Shown here piece after piece: positions 19,382-28,617 of a stretch of 32,000 nt of DNA; within the stretch, counting starts at the first letter, position 1; each line of letters opens with the position of its first letter. Under the pieces are notes generated by a model. That model did no database searches. It was not told the DNA's origin and saw only the letters and a list, made by a program, of their open reading frames with translations. Source of the stretch: Candidatus Fokinia solitaria (GTDB lineage Bacteria > Pseudomonadota > Alphaproteobacteria > Rickettsiales > Midichloriaceae); the NCBI RefSeq assembly GCF_003072485.1, contig NZ_CP025989.1:210001-242000 (forward strand), written 5' to 3'. A program made the position numbers and the translations under genes.

Positions 19382-20809
19382 TTATATAGCTGGATAGTTT
19401 AGTTGTGTGCTTTGAAATGTTCTCATAACTTCTTCTATTATTTCATTCATGCATGGATAAGAATGGATTAGAAGTGACATATTGTCTATGCTGATACCAT
19501 TTTGCATTGCAAGTACTATTTCTCCAATCAACTCTCCTGCATTCTGACCTACTATTGCTGCACCAAGTATTTTTGAATCTTCTCCTGCAAGTATTTTTAT
19601 AAAGCCTTCATTGGAAGATGAGAGAATCGCTCTGTGATTATCTTTGAAGTATGCTTTTGCGACTTTATAGTTGATTTCCTGCTTTTTTAGTTCTTTTTCA
19701 GATAATCCTACAGAAGCAATTTCTGGCTGAGTGTAAACTACAGAAGGTATTGCACCATATGATATTTTATAATCTTTGTCATCATATATCTTGCTGACAA
19801 CGAATCTACCTTCAGCTGCGGCTTTATGCGCAAGCATTATGCCACATACTACATCTCCTATAGCATACACGTTCTTTACGTTAGTTTGCATGTTACCGTT
19901 CACTGCAATCGCGCCCCTTTCATCGAGTTGTACTTGTGCATTTTGTAACTCAAGAGTATCTACGTTTGGAGTTCTTCCTACCGCTACCAATAGTATATCC
20001 ACATCCGTAAGTTGCGCATGATTATCTGAAGATACATAATCGATGATCAAAAAATTATCATTCGTAACGTCGCTGATTTTTTGTTGCTTACTAATTCCAG
20101 TAATTGAAGCATTAGAAAAAATCTTAATATTTTTAATAGTTTTAAACTGCGTTTGCGCGATTGACACTACATCATCATCCATGTTGTTAAGTATATGATT
20201 GCCATGTTCTAGTATGATAACTTCAGTACCGATTCTTCCAAATGTGATTGCTATTTCAGCGCCTATTACACCACCGCCTAATACAGCTATTTTCTTAGGC
20301 GCAGTTTTGATATTGAGAATCTCCTTAGAAGATATAATAGTACTTCCGTTCATTTTAATGTTACTCATCTCTCTGCTTTTCGAGCCTGTAGCGATTATGA
20401 TGTTTTCTGCTGTTACTTTTTGTCCATTGGTAACTGATATAGTATTTTTATCAATAAAAGAGCCAATGCCTGTTATCTTATCTACTCCGTATTTTCTAAA
20501 AGAATCTTCGATCTTTTTTGAAATGCCAAGGACAATATCATTCTTATGATGGCACATATCATGCATTGAGAATGTGACGTTATTGTATTGTATTCCGTTG
20601 CGAATGTTATGGTGCGTGCTTCGATAGTAATGACTTGTAACGTTTAGAAAGACTTTAGATGGTATACAGCCGTGATTTACATACGTGCCACCAATGCGCT
20701 CTTCGGCATCTATACATACTACTTTTTTACCTAATTTAGCAGCTTCAATGCTTGCTGAGTAACCTCCCGCACCCCCTCCAAGGATTGCTAAGTCGTATTT
20801 AGTATGCAT
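19382..20809 (-). CDS. lpdA: Dihydrolipoyl dehydrogenase (E3)-family flavoprotein with a divergent active site
   Basis: 475 aa. FAD motif ILGGGAGGY, NAD motif VLGGGVIGAEIA, AIGD, and the full-length E3 fold pattern. However, the redox motif reads GGTYVNHGCIPSK (canonical GGxCLNxGCIPSK) and the C-terminal motif reads IHSYPCMNE (canonical xHAHPTxxE). Confidence 0.8.
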   Translation of the reverse strand: MHTKYDLAILGGGAGGYSASIEAAKLGKKVVCIDAEERIGGTYVNHGCIPSKVFLNVTSHYYRSTHHNIRNGIQYNNVTFSMHDMCHHKNDIVLGISKKIEDSFRKYGVDKITGIGSFIDKNTISVTNGQKVTAENIIIATGSKSREMSNIKMNGSTIISSKEILNIKTAPKKIAVLGGGVIGAEIAITFGRIGTEVIILEHGNHILNNMDDDVVSIAQTQFKTIKNIKIFSNASITGISKQQKISDVTNDNFLIIDYVSSDNHAQLTDVDILLVAVGRTPNVDTLELQNAQVQLDERGAIAVNGNMQTNVKNVYAIGDVVCGIMLAHKAAAEGRFVVSKIYDDKDYKISYGAIPSVVYTQPEIASVGLSEKELKKQEINYKVAKAYFKDNHRAILSSSNEGFIKILAGEDSKILGAAIVGQNAGELIGEIVLAMQNGISIDNMSLLIHSYPCMNEIIEEVMRTFQSTQLNYPAI

Positions 20810-20829
20810 AAAAATAAAAAGTTAAAAAG

Positions 20830-21138
20830 TTATTTATAGTTATTTATATATTGGTGATAAAGCGTCACTTTTTTATCATTCGCATTTTCTTCAAGTATCG
20901 AATACTTATACCTGTTCTTAGTGGCAAATTTTATAGCTTTCTCTTTACTGCTAAACTTCAGCTGTACCTGAGAGCGAGGATCTATGCACATAGTCCAGCC
21001 TGTAGCTATGTTTGTTTCTAAATAGTCATCCGGCTCTATATCGAAGCGCATAATCCAGCGTGTTGTCACTACTCCCCTCTGTGGTACAGGTTCTACTTTC
21101 TTAGTTATTACCACATTCATGTTATTCATCATTTGCAC
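20830..21138 (-). CDS. NDUFS4-like / ETC complex I 18-kDa-subunit-like small protein
   Basis: 102 aa. WIMRFD...GWTMCIDPRSQVQLKFSSKEKAIKFATKNRYKYSILE matches the pattern of the small alphaproteobacterial NDUFS4-family proteins. The first-ATG start overlaps the upstream gene by 17 nt; Met7 (start at 21120) removes the overlap. Confidence 0.65.
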   Translation of the reverse strand: MQMMNNMNVVITKKVEPVPQRGVVTTRWIMRFDIEPDDYLETNIATGWTMCIDPRSQVQLKFSSKEKAIKFATKNRYKYSILEENANDKKVTLYHQYINNYK

Positions 21139-21787
21139 CGTAAAAAGTAGGATCTTTGAAATGAAAATCGGATTTTCTTACACCGCGATTCAGTTTTACA
21201 TCACTCAATGCTAGGAGAGAGTGAATCTTTCCAAATTTATAAACTACAATACGTCTGATAGAGAGTATTGTACTCTGTTCGGTACTCTGAAATTCAACTT
21301 TAATTTCAGTATGTTCATAATCTTCAATTTCTTTCCCCATAATGATGCCACTAAGCCATAGCGATGTGACATTTTTATCGACATTGCATCGTTTCATATG
21401 CAATTGCTTGCGTAGATCGACAACATTACCACTTATGATCTTAAGTAAAGCAGTATTACGTATTGGTACATAGCTAGCTTCTTTTAGTTCGAAATCATAG
21501 TGCAACATTACGTCTGCATCTTGCGACAATAGCAGTATTTTCTTAGGGCTGTGATATTCCATCTTTACGTTGGCAGGTTTAAGCCAAGTGATAACGCCTT
21601 TGCCTGTACTGTTGCCAATGTATTCTACAAAATCAGCCTTGATGCTATTGGTAGCGTTTATAGATTGCATAACAAACTGCATATCAGAAAGAGAACAATC
21701 TCTTGCAAAGCATGTGCTGCAGTGCAGTGATGCAAAGCTTAACAATAAAATATAAGAGTAACGAAAAATGTAAGAGAACATACGCAA
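21122..21787 (-). CDS. LolA-like periplasmic (lipo)protein carrier family protein
   Basis: 221 aa with an N-terminal signal sequence. ADFVEYIGNSTGKGVITWLKPANVKMEYHSPKKILLLSQDADVMLHYDFELKEASYVP follows the LolA pattern (F.Q....G.l...kP...r..y..P....iv.dG..l..yd..l). Confidence 0.55.
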   Translation of the reverse strand: MRMFSYIFRYSYILLLSFASLHCSTCFARDCSLSDMQFVMQSINATNSIKADFVEYIGNSTGKGVITWLKPANVKMEYHSPKKILLLSQDADVMLHYDFELKEASYVPIRNTALLKIISGNVVDLRKQLHMKRCNVDKNVTSLWLSGIIMGKEIEDYEHTEIKVEFQSTEQSTILSIRRIVVYKFGKIHSLLALSDVKLNRGVRKSDFHFKDPTFYGANDE

Positions 21788-21788
21788 C

Positions 21789-22466
21789 TTAATAACGATT
21801 ATACCTATTTTCAGTGGAGAAAACTATATCAAATCTATAGATTGCACTACTATCTTCTAGTTTATTTGATAGTGCTGCGGGTATATCGCTCATACTTAGA
21901 GGAGTTGTTAGTAAATGTCTAACGCTTAGTATTCCAAGTTCTCTACTATTGATACTCATATCTATGTATGGAGTTTTATGAATTGTCGCAGGCATTATAG
22001 TAAAGAAGATATACGTTCCATTTTCATCTGTAACAGAAGTGCCACTACCAGTAAAAAATCTATCGCATTCTTTAAACATGCGTGTATATTCTGCATTTGG
22101 ATCTTCTTTAATTAAAGGCGCCTTCACGCTTTCACAATACTGTTGTGATTTACCATGGCAATCCACTTGCCACATTTCCACGATTGCATTTCGTACAGGC
22201 TGGCAATGATTATCTAATACGCGCCCTATGATTGCTATTTTATCTCCTGAAGCTTCTACCTCTGTGTTCTGATAGCGTCGCAAATTGTTTGACTTATATA
22301 TATCTGTAGGCTTTCCATTTAGAACGCTCTTATTATCTACGGTATGTCGGCAATTTTTCACTATATTCAATAGCAATTCAGCTGAATCATTAACGGGTTT
22401 CGCTGCGAGACTCACATTTGATTGCAGTAGCATTATGATGGCTATACATAATGTTCTTATTTTCAT
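21789..22466 (-). CDS. Intradiol dioxygenase (PcaH beta-subunit)-like protein with signal peptide, probably non-catalytic
   Basis: 225 aa. Signal peptide MKIRTLCIAIIMLLQSNVSLAAKP. IIGRVLDNHCQPVRNAIVEMWQVD, FTGSGTSVTDENGTYIFFTIMPA and the C-terminal AIYRFDIVF resemble protocatechuate 3,4-dioxygenase beta chain. Confidence 0.6.
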   Translation of the reverse strand: MKIRTLCIAIIMLLQSNVSLAAKPVNDSAELLLNIVKNCRHTVDNKSVLNGKPTDIYKSNNLRRYQNTEVEASGDKIAIIGRVLDNHCQPVRNAIVEMWQVDCHGKSQQYCESVKAPLIKEDPNAEYTRMFKECDRFFTGSGTSVTDENGTYIFFTIMPATIHKTPYIDMSINSRELGILSVRHLLTTPLSMSDIPAALSNKLEDSSAIYRFDIVFSTENRYNRY

Positions 22467-22504
22467 ACTTAGCTTTGCTCATACTAACAATTTCAGATCA
22501 TATG

Positions 22505-23230
22505 CTAAAAAAAAAACGTGTTCAAGTGCTTTATGAAAAGCATTTCAATGCGCAAGGCAAGAGTAGTACTGTTTTCATTTAAGAAATCTGCCACACATGC
22601 AGTACGACCTCCGATTATTCCGCATGCGTTGATCTTCTCAAGATAGTAGTTACAGTCAGAAATATTGATGGCAATGCCGTGATGCGAGATCTTATTCGAA
22701 AATCGCATGCCTATTGATGCAATCTTCGCTTCTTCATTTATACTATTTTTCACCCATACTCCTCTAGCATCATTTTTTTGAAATGCCGTAATGCCTAGAT
22801 CTCTTAAAGTAAGCACTACGGCATATTCTAACTTATCGATAAAATCTTTTAAGTTAATGTTCTCATATAAGTGAGGAAGAAAAAAAATAGGGTAGAAAAT
22901 TTTTTGCTGAGGGCCATGATAAGTGATTTTTCCGCCGCGATCTGTAGAGTATAGCGGTAAAATCTCATTTTTTATCTCAATATCATCTATCTTTTTACCT
23001 GGAAGTTGCTGACTAGAGACGGTGTAACATGCTTCATGCTGAAGGACTAAGAGTAAGTGAGAGTTATTCTTTTTTACATAATCGCATGATTGTTTCATAA
23101 ATCGTATTATTTCACCGTAAGGAATGCTGTAGTCCGTGGTAATTATGTCCATTTTTGATGATAGTCTACTCATAGAAACTATAATACTCATGATGACAGT
23201 ACTACTTAATTGCGAAAAATTATGATTCAA
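22505..23230 (-). CDS. lipB: Octanoyltransferase LipB
   Basis: LLLVLQHEACYTVS, GGKITYHGPQQKIFYPIF, KIASIGMRFSNKISHHGIAINI and INACGI are LipB motifs. The likely true start is Met27 (ATG at 23152), because the first 26 codons have no counterpart in LipB. Confidence 0.85.
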   Translation of the reverse strand: MNHNFSQLSSTVIMSIIVSMSRLSSKMDIITTDYSIPYGEIIRFMKQSCDYVKKNNSHLLLVLQHEACYTVSSQQLPGKKIDDIEIKNEILPLYSTDRGGKITYHGPQQKIFYPIFFLPHLYENINLKDFIDKLEYAVVLTLRDLGITAFQKNDARGVWVKNSINEEAKIASIGMRFSNKISHHGIAINISDCNYYLEKINACGIIGGRTACVADFLNENSTTLALRIEMLFIKHLNTFFF

Positions 23231-23315
23231 GAGTTTTATCTAAATTTCTCACATATTGTATTAAAAGAATTAGTTATGTATGCTCATCGCGATGTGTATC
23301 TTTTAAAGAAAAGCA

Positions 23316-24872
23316 ATGTTGGATTTGAAGCAAATTATCCAAGCGAAAATCAGTCAGCTTATTCATGAAAATTCTGAAGGTATTCACGAGTATGGAATCG
23401 TGGTAAAAGCTTTCGATGGAATTGCGATAGTATATGGATTACTAGATGTAGGAATGTCAGAGCATGTGACGTTTCAAGATGGAGGATCTGGTATTGTGTT
23501 GTCATTAGAGGATGATGTTGTAGGCATTGCGATGATAGATGTGCTTACAGTGCGTGAAGGTGCGAAAGTTTACAGAACGAAACAAGTGTTACAGATACCT
23601 GTAGGTATGGAATTACTTGGTAGAATAGTGGATCCACTTGGTAATGTTTTAGATGGTTTGGAGCCGTTTCCGCATGACATAAAACGTAGTAATATAGAAC
23701 AAAGTGCGCCCGATATAATGTCAAGAAAGTCTGTTAGCGAGCCGCTACAGACTGGAATACAAGTTATAGATGGTCTAATACCTATAGGAAGAGGGCAGAG
23801 AGAGCTTATTATAGGCGATAAACAGACTGGCAAAACTACCATCGCGATTGATGCGATAATAAGACAAGCAAAGATTAACAGCGAGATCAAAAATAAAGCA
23901 GATAGAGTGTATTGCGTCTACGTTGCAATAGGACAGAAACGATCATCTATTGCGAAAATAGCACAATTACTAAAGAAACATGATGCGATGGATTATACAG
24001 TAATTGTTGCCGCTTCTGCATCAGAAAGTCCTACATTAAAGTTTCTCGCGCCATACTCTGGATCTTCAATAGGAGAGTTCTTCCGTGATAATAAGATGCA
24101 TGCGCTAGTAGTATATGATGATCTAAGTAAGCATGCAGTGGCGTATAGAGAGTTATCACTACTTCTCAAAAAACCATCCGGTAGAGAAGCATATCCAGGT
24201 GATGTGTTTTACATACATTCGAGATTATTAGAAAGAGCTGCAAAACTTTCAGAACAGAAAGGAGGAGGATCTTTGACAGCACTACCTATTATCGAAACTC
24301 AAGGTGGAGATGTATCTGCTTACGTACCTACTAATGTGATATCAATTACTGATGGACAGATCTTTCTTGAGAGTGAGCTTTTTTATAATGGTGTTAGACC
24401 TGCTGTAAATGTCGGACTATCGGTAAGTAGAGTAGGTTCCGCTGCACAGCTTGATGTGATCAAGAAACTAACTGGTATAGTACGTTTAGAGCTTGCGCAA
24501 TATAGAGAGATAGAGTCTTTTTCTCAATTTTCTATGGAATTGGATAAAGCTACGACTGCTTTATTAGAAAGAGGGAAGCGTACTGTAGAGATGCTGAAGC
24601 AGGATCAGCATCAGTTATATGGTACAGAAGAGCAAGCAATATTGATGTTTAGTATTGTAAGAGGGCATTGTGATGATATTCCGGTGCAGTATATTCAGCT
24701 TTTTAAAACGAAATTAGTTGAATATATTAGAGAAAATGGCGATTCTATTTCATCAGAATTTTCCGCAAATTCATATAAGCTTACTGCAGCTTTGGAAGAG
24801 TTCACTTCCGCTTTATTAGTAAAATTTAAGAGATCATTCTCTGATGTATTACGTGCTGCAAGAGAAGTTTAA
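23316..24872 (+). CDS. atpA: F1 ATP synthase alpha subunit
   Basis: 518 aa. Walker A GDKQTGKTT, REAYPGDVFYIHSRLLERAAK, ITDGQIFLE. No atpH upstream and no atpG downstream. Confidence 0.95.
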   Translation: MLDLKQIIQAKISQLIHENSEGIHEYGIVVKAFDGIAIVYGLLDVGMSEHVTFQDGGSGIVLSLEDDVVGIAMIDVLTVREGAKVYRTKQVLQIPVGMELLGRIVDPLGNVLDGLEPFPHDIKRSNIEQSAPDIMSRKSVSEPLQTGIQVIDGLIPIGRGQRELIIGDKQTGKTTIAIDAIIRQAKINSEIKNKADRVYCVYVAIGQKRSSIAKIAQLLKKHDAMDYTVIVAASASESPTLKFLAPYSGSSIGEFFRDNKMHALVVYDDLSKHAVAYRELSLLLKKPSGREAYPGDVFYIHSRLLERAAKLSEQKGGGSLTALPIIETQGGDVSAYVPTNVISITDGQIFLESELFYNGVRPAVNVGLSVSRVGSAAQLDVIKKLTGIVRLELAQYREIESFSQFSMELDKATTALLERGKRTVEMLKQDQHQLYGTEEQAILMFSIVRGHCDDIPVQYIQLFKTKLVEYIRENGDSISSEFSANSYKLTAALEEFTSALLVKFKRSFSDVLRAAREV

Positions 24873-24889
24873 TCTTAATATCTTTCCTC

Positions 24890-27800
24890 ATGTTGGATTT
24901 TTTTACGCAGCATAAGAGAACGACAGTAGTGTTGTTACTCTTTTCTATTTTTGTAGGATATCTATCGTATCTTAAGATACCTAAAGAGAATAATCCGGAT
25001 GTGAAGATACCCGTGATATACATGCTTGTGATGCAGCAAGGAATATCTCCGGAAGATTCAGAGCAACTTATAGTCAAGCCTCTAGAAACTGCATTACGCA
25101 GTATTTCCGGTATTAAGCATATTACATCTCATGCGTATGAGGGCAGCGCTTCAATTATATTGGAATTTAATAGCAATGTAGATCAAGACAAAGCACTTGA
25201 AGATGTACGTAATAAAGTAGATGACACAAAGAATCAGCTTCCGAAAGATGCAGATACTCCAGTGATACAGCAGGTAGATCTTAGCTTATTTCCGGTATTG
25301 AATGTGATTTTATCCGGCGATCTCGATCAGAGAACTCTGATTTCTATAGGAAGAGAGATGAAGAATAGAATTAAAATGATTCCTGAAGTATTGGAAGTGG
25401 ATATCAGTGGAGATAGAGTGCCTCTTGTGGAGATATTGGTTAAGCCGAGTAAATTAGGATTGTATAATCTCAATCCATCGATGGTAGGGGAGTTTATTAG
25501 TAAGAACAATATGCTTATCACGGCGGGAAAAATAGACAATGGAGGAGGTGCGTATCAAATTAAGATAAAGAATCTTATTGAGACATATGAAGAGCTTTTG
25601 GATTTTCCGATAGCGAATTATAATGGCGCGGTAGTAAAGATAAGAGATATAGGAGAAGTTAAATACTCGTTCAAAGATAGTACTACAATAGCTAGGATAA
25701 ACGGAAAGCCGGTAATAGCATTAGCAGTTTCGAAGAGAAATGGTGCAAATATCATCAATACGCTAGAGAAGATAAAGAATCTTGTAGAATCTGCAAAACA
25801 AAATTTACCGAAGAACTTGCATATTACTTACTCAAATGATGAAGCTAATGAGATAAAAGAAACTCTTTCCGATCTAGAAAACGGAATATTATTAGCTGGT
25901 TTATTGGTATTGTTAATAGTGTTTTCCACTATGGGACTCGGCTCTTCTATTCTTGTGGCATTTTCTCTACCAGCTTCATTTTTCGCCACGATACTACTCT
26001 TATACATGTGTGGATATACCTTGAACATAATAGTTTTATTCAGTTTGATCTTATCAATAGGAATGGTGGTAGATGATGCAATTGTTGTTAGTGAATATGC
26101 AGATAGAAAAATTACTGAAGGTGAACTTCCTTCAAAAGCTTTTCTAAATGCCGCAAAGAGGATGTTATGGCCGATAGTAACTTCAACTTTAGTAAAGATA
26201 ATAGTGTTTTTACCGCTTCTATTTTGGCCTGGCGTAGTAGGTAATTTCATGAAATACATGCCAATTACTGTCACTATGATACTTACTTGCTCGTTATTAT
26301 TTGCATTATTCTTTCAACCATCCATTGGCGCAATTCTCATAAAGAAACCGACTAACATAGATAGTAAAAAAGTTAATGAAATATATGCTTCCGAAAATGG
26401 TGCATTATCTGATTTACAAGGAATATATAAGGCTTACTATAACGTACTTATAAAGCTTACTTCTAAACCAAAACGATCAATCATCTTATTATTTGCTGGT
26501 ATAATAGGTATATATGTAGTTTTTGGCTTTTTTAGCAAAGGCTTTGAATTTTTCCCAGATATAGAGCCAAAAAATTCCTTACTTGTGATACGTTCTTCGG
26601 GTAATTTGTCAATGAAGCAAAGAGATCTAATAGCGGCAGAAGTAGAGTCTAAAATTGCACATTTTAAAGAGATTAAACATTTTTATACGAAAATAGTTGC
26701 AGATGCTCGTTCTCAAAATCTCAAGGATGATACAATTGCTACCATAGATATGGAGTTTGTAGACTGGAAAACGAGAAGAAAGGCACAAGTGATTCAAGAA
26801 GATGTCAAAAAAGCTGTGAAGACTGTAAAAGGTATAAAATTTGAAGTACTTTCCGGAGATTCAGGGCCAAAATCCGGAAAACCGATATGGTTCAGTATTA
26901 GAGGAGATGATTGGAATAGTATTAAGAAAGCTACAACTCACATAGTGACACTGATGAAGAAAGACGATAAATTTGTAGATGTGGAGACTTCTGAACCTTC
27001 TGAAGGGTTAGAATATAGAATAAATGTGAATAGAAGATTGGCGGCAAAATATAATATTACCGCGGCTAATGTTGGACAGATTGTGCAAATGGCCACTGGA
27101 GGATTGCTGGTATCTAAGTATATCACCAAGGATTATGACAATGAAATCGATATCGTAGTGAGATTTCCAGAGGAATACAGAAATATAGATTGGATTAAAA
27201 ATGTCAGAATACCTTATGGAAGTGGTAGTGTGCCTCTAGAATGCTTAGCAGAAACTAAAGCTACTCAGAAGCGTTCTGAGATACTGCATGTGGATTGTGT
27301 TAGAGCAATCACAATTCAAAGTGATGTAAAACCTGGAGTAATTCCAGAAAAACAGATTGAGCTGATTCAGCAATGGTTTTCTGAATTAGGAGAACAGCAA
27401 ATGTCGATAATTGTGCATGGAGATCTTGAAAGTCAAAAAGAAAGTGGCAGCTTTCTTGGAAGTGCTTTTTTATCTGCCATTATTATGATGTTTGTTGTAA
27501 TGCTTACGCAATTCAATAGTTTCTATAATGCATTGGTAGTCATGAGTTCTGTTGTACTTTCTACAGGAGGAGTGCTTTTAGGACTTATGCTTTCTAATCA
27601 AGCTTTTGGCGTTGTAATGTGCGGCATTGGTATTATAGCGCTTTCTGGAATAGTATTGAATAATAATATTATATTAATTGATACTTATCAGCATTTACGT
27701 AAATTAGGACATACTATAGAAGATGCAGCAATTAGAGCAGCTGTACAGAGATTTAGGCCTATTACTTTGACTGCTTCTACTGCGATACTTGGTTTGCTGC

Positions 27801-28033
27801 CTTTAGTACTTGGATTAACGATAAATATTATAGATAGAGAAGTGCTATATGATGCGCCATCAAGTCAATGGTGGAAGCAGTTATCGGCTTCAATTGCTGG
27901 AGGATTAACGTTTGCAACCATTCTTACGCTATTTTTCACACCGTGTATGATTCTCTTAGGAAAAAGATTTGAAAAAGAGGATGAGCTACAACCACAAGAC
28001 GAAGAAGTTCAGAAAGAAGGTATTACTTCATGA
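24890..28033 (+). CDS. RND-family efflux transporter (AcrB/AcrD/AcrF-type inner-membrane subunit)
   Basis: 1047 aa. Duplicated 6-TM plus large-loop RND layout, SIGMVVDDAIVVSEY (TM4 Asp pair), and the typical N-terminus FFTQHKRTTVVLLLFSIFVGYLSY. No adjacent periplasmic adaptor or outer-membrane factor. Confidence 0.9.
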   Translation: MLDFFTQHKRTTVVLLLFSIFVGYLSYLKIPKENNPDVKIPVIYMLVMQQGISPEDSEQLIVKPLETALRSISGIKHITSHAYEGSASIILEFNSNVDQDKALEDVRNKVDDTKNQLPKDADTPVIQQVDLSLFPVLNVILSGDLDQRTLISIGREMKNRIKMIPEVLEVDISGDRVPLVEILVKPSKLGLYNLNPSMVGEFISKNNMLITAGKIDNGGGAYQIKIKNLIETYEELLDFPIANYNGAVVKIRDIGEVKYSFKDSTTIARINGKPVIALAVSKRNGANIINTLEKIKNLVESAKQNLPKNLHITYSNDEANEIKETLSDLENGILLAGLLVLLIVFSTMGLGSSILVAFSLPASFFATILLLYMCGYTLNIIVLFSLILSIGMVVDDAIVVSEYADRKITEGELPSKAFLNAAKRMLWPIVTSTLVKIIVFLPLLFWPGVVGNFMKYMPITVTMILTCSLLFALFFQPSIGAILIKKPTNIDSKKVNEIYASENGALSDLQGIYKAYYNVLIKLTSKPKRSIILLFAGIIGIYVVFGFFSKGFEFFPDIEPKNSLLVIRSSGNLSMKQRDLIAAEVESKIAHFKEIKHFYTKIVADARSQNLKDDTIATIDMEFVDWKTRRKAQVIQEDVKKAVKTVKGIKFEVLSGDSGPKSGKPIWFSIRGDDWNSIKKATTHIVTLMKKDDKFVDVETSEPSEGLEYRINVNRRLAAKYNITAANVGQIVQMATGGLLVSKYITKDYDNEIDIVVRFPEEYRNIDWIKNVRIPYGSGSVPLECLAETKATQKRSEILHVDCVRAITIQSDVKPGVIPEKQIELIQQWFSELGEQQMSIIVHGDLESQKESGSFLGSAFLSAIIMMFVVMLTQFNSFYNALVVMSSVVLSTGGVLLGLMLSNQAFGVVMCGIGIIALSGIVLNNNIILIDTYQHLRKLGHTIEDAAIRAAVQRFRPITLTASTAILGLLPLVLGLTINIIDREVLYDAPSSQWWKQLSASIAGGLTFATILTLFFTPCMILLGKRFEKEDELQPQDEEVQKEGITS

Positions 28034-28289
28034 TGCAATTTAGTTAAGCGCATTTTAGTACGATAAAGTGTATTCTGATAGTTGTTACGAATGGTGTGTT
28101 TTTCTCGCGTATTTAGGATGTTTACCTACTTAGATCGAGTAGCGTTTTGCATTTTGTGTGTATGATAAATATTTATATTAGTGCTTCGATATCTTGCCTT
28201 ATACGATAAGTATGTCGTTTATAGTCGAGAAAAGATAAAAGGTATTGCAATATTTCTTCAAAGCACTCGATGCAGATGTAGGCGTTGTA

Positions 28290-28526
28290 GCAGAATATAT
28301 AACGAGCACATAGTCTTCGTTTAAGTATTAAAAGTGCATTTTAGCGATGTTTATAAGGGGATTTTCACCATCTCTCTACATACTACCATCATAAGGTCAT
28401 ATGACTGCAAATACGGCCTTACTTACAAAATTTCCGATACAATCAACTCAACAAAATCCTGTTGCTTGCGTAATTCATTCAATATAATTTCATGAACTTC
28501 ATGTTCAGCTTTTTTATGCCGTTCAT
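28290..28526 (-). pseudogene. glyA: Decayed inverted duplicate of the 5' part of glyA
   Basis: The reverse complement starts ATGAACGGCATAAAAAAGCTGAACATGAAGTTCATGAAATTATATTGAATGAATTACGCAAGCAACAGGATT.... The intact glyA reads ATGAATAGCATAAAAGAAGCCGATCGCGAAGTTTACGAAATTATATTGAATGAATTACACAGACAACAGGATT.... A 1-nt deletion after codon 5 gives a stop after 15 codons, with more indels and stops downstream. Protein-level echoes continue to ~28290 (YDG.., E..LI.IAK..F, VIYSATTP). The left boundary is uncertain. Confidence 0.7.
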
Positions 28527-28608
28527 CTCTTTTCTAAAACTTCCTCTTAATTGCTTTTCTTACACGTTAAGTCAACTTCATTACCAAAGCAACATTTCGA
28601 ACTTTCTG
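28400..28608 (-). repeat. Left arm of inverted repeat (glyA leader plus first ~43 codons, decayed copy)
   Basis: The reverse complement of this interval aligns by eye with 31465-31675 at roughly 80% identity with a few 1-nt indels. The ~80-nt leader includes GAAATGTTGCTTxGGTxATGAAGTTGAxTTAACGTGT...AAGTTTTAGAAAAGAGATGAA. Confidence 0.8.
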
Positions 28609-28617
28609 GCACACATT

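Noticed and set aside
22507-22516. Homopolymers as phase-variation switches: the A10 run at the lipB 3' end (encodes the terminal FFF), the A8 run at 2102-2109 in the g15-like gene, and the A8 run near 22880 in lipB.
   Set aside because: Runs of this length are expected by composition in such AT-rich DNA. The longest one affects only the last codons of a housekeeping gene. There is no supporting evidence of variability.
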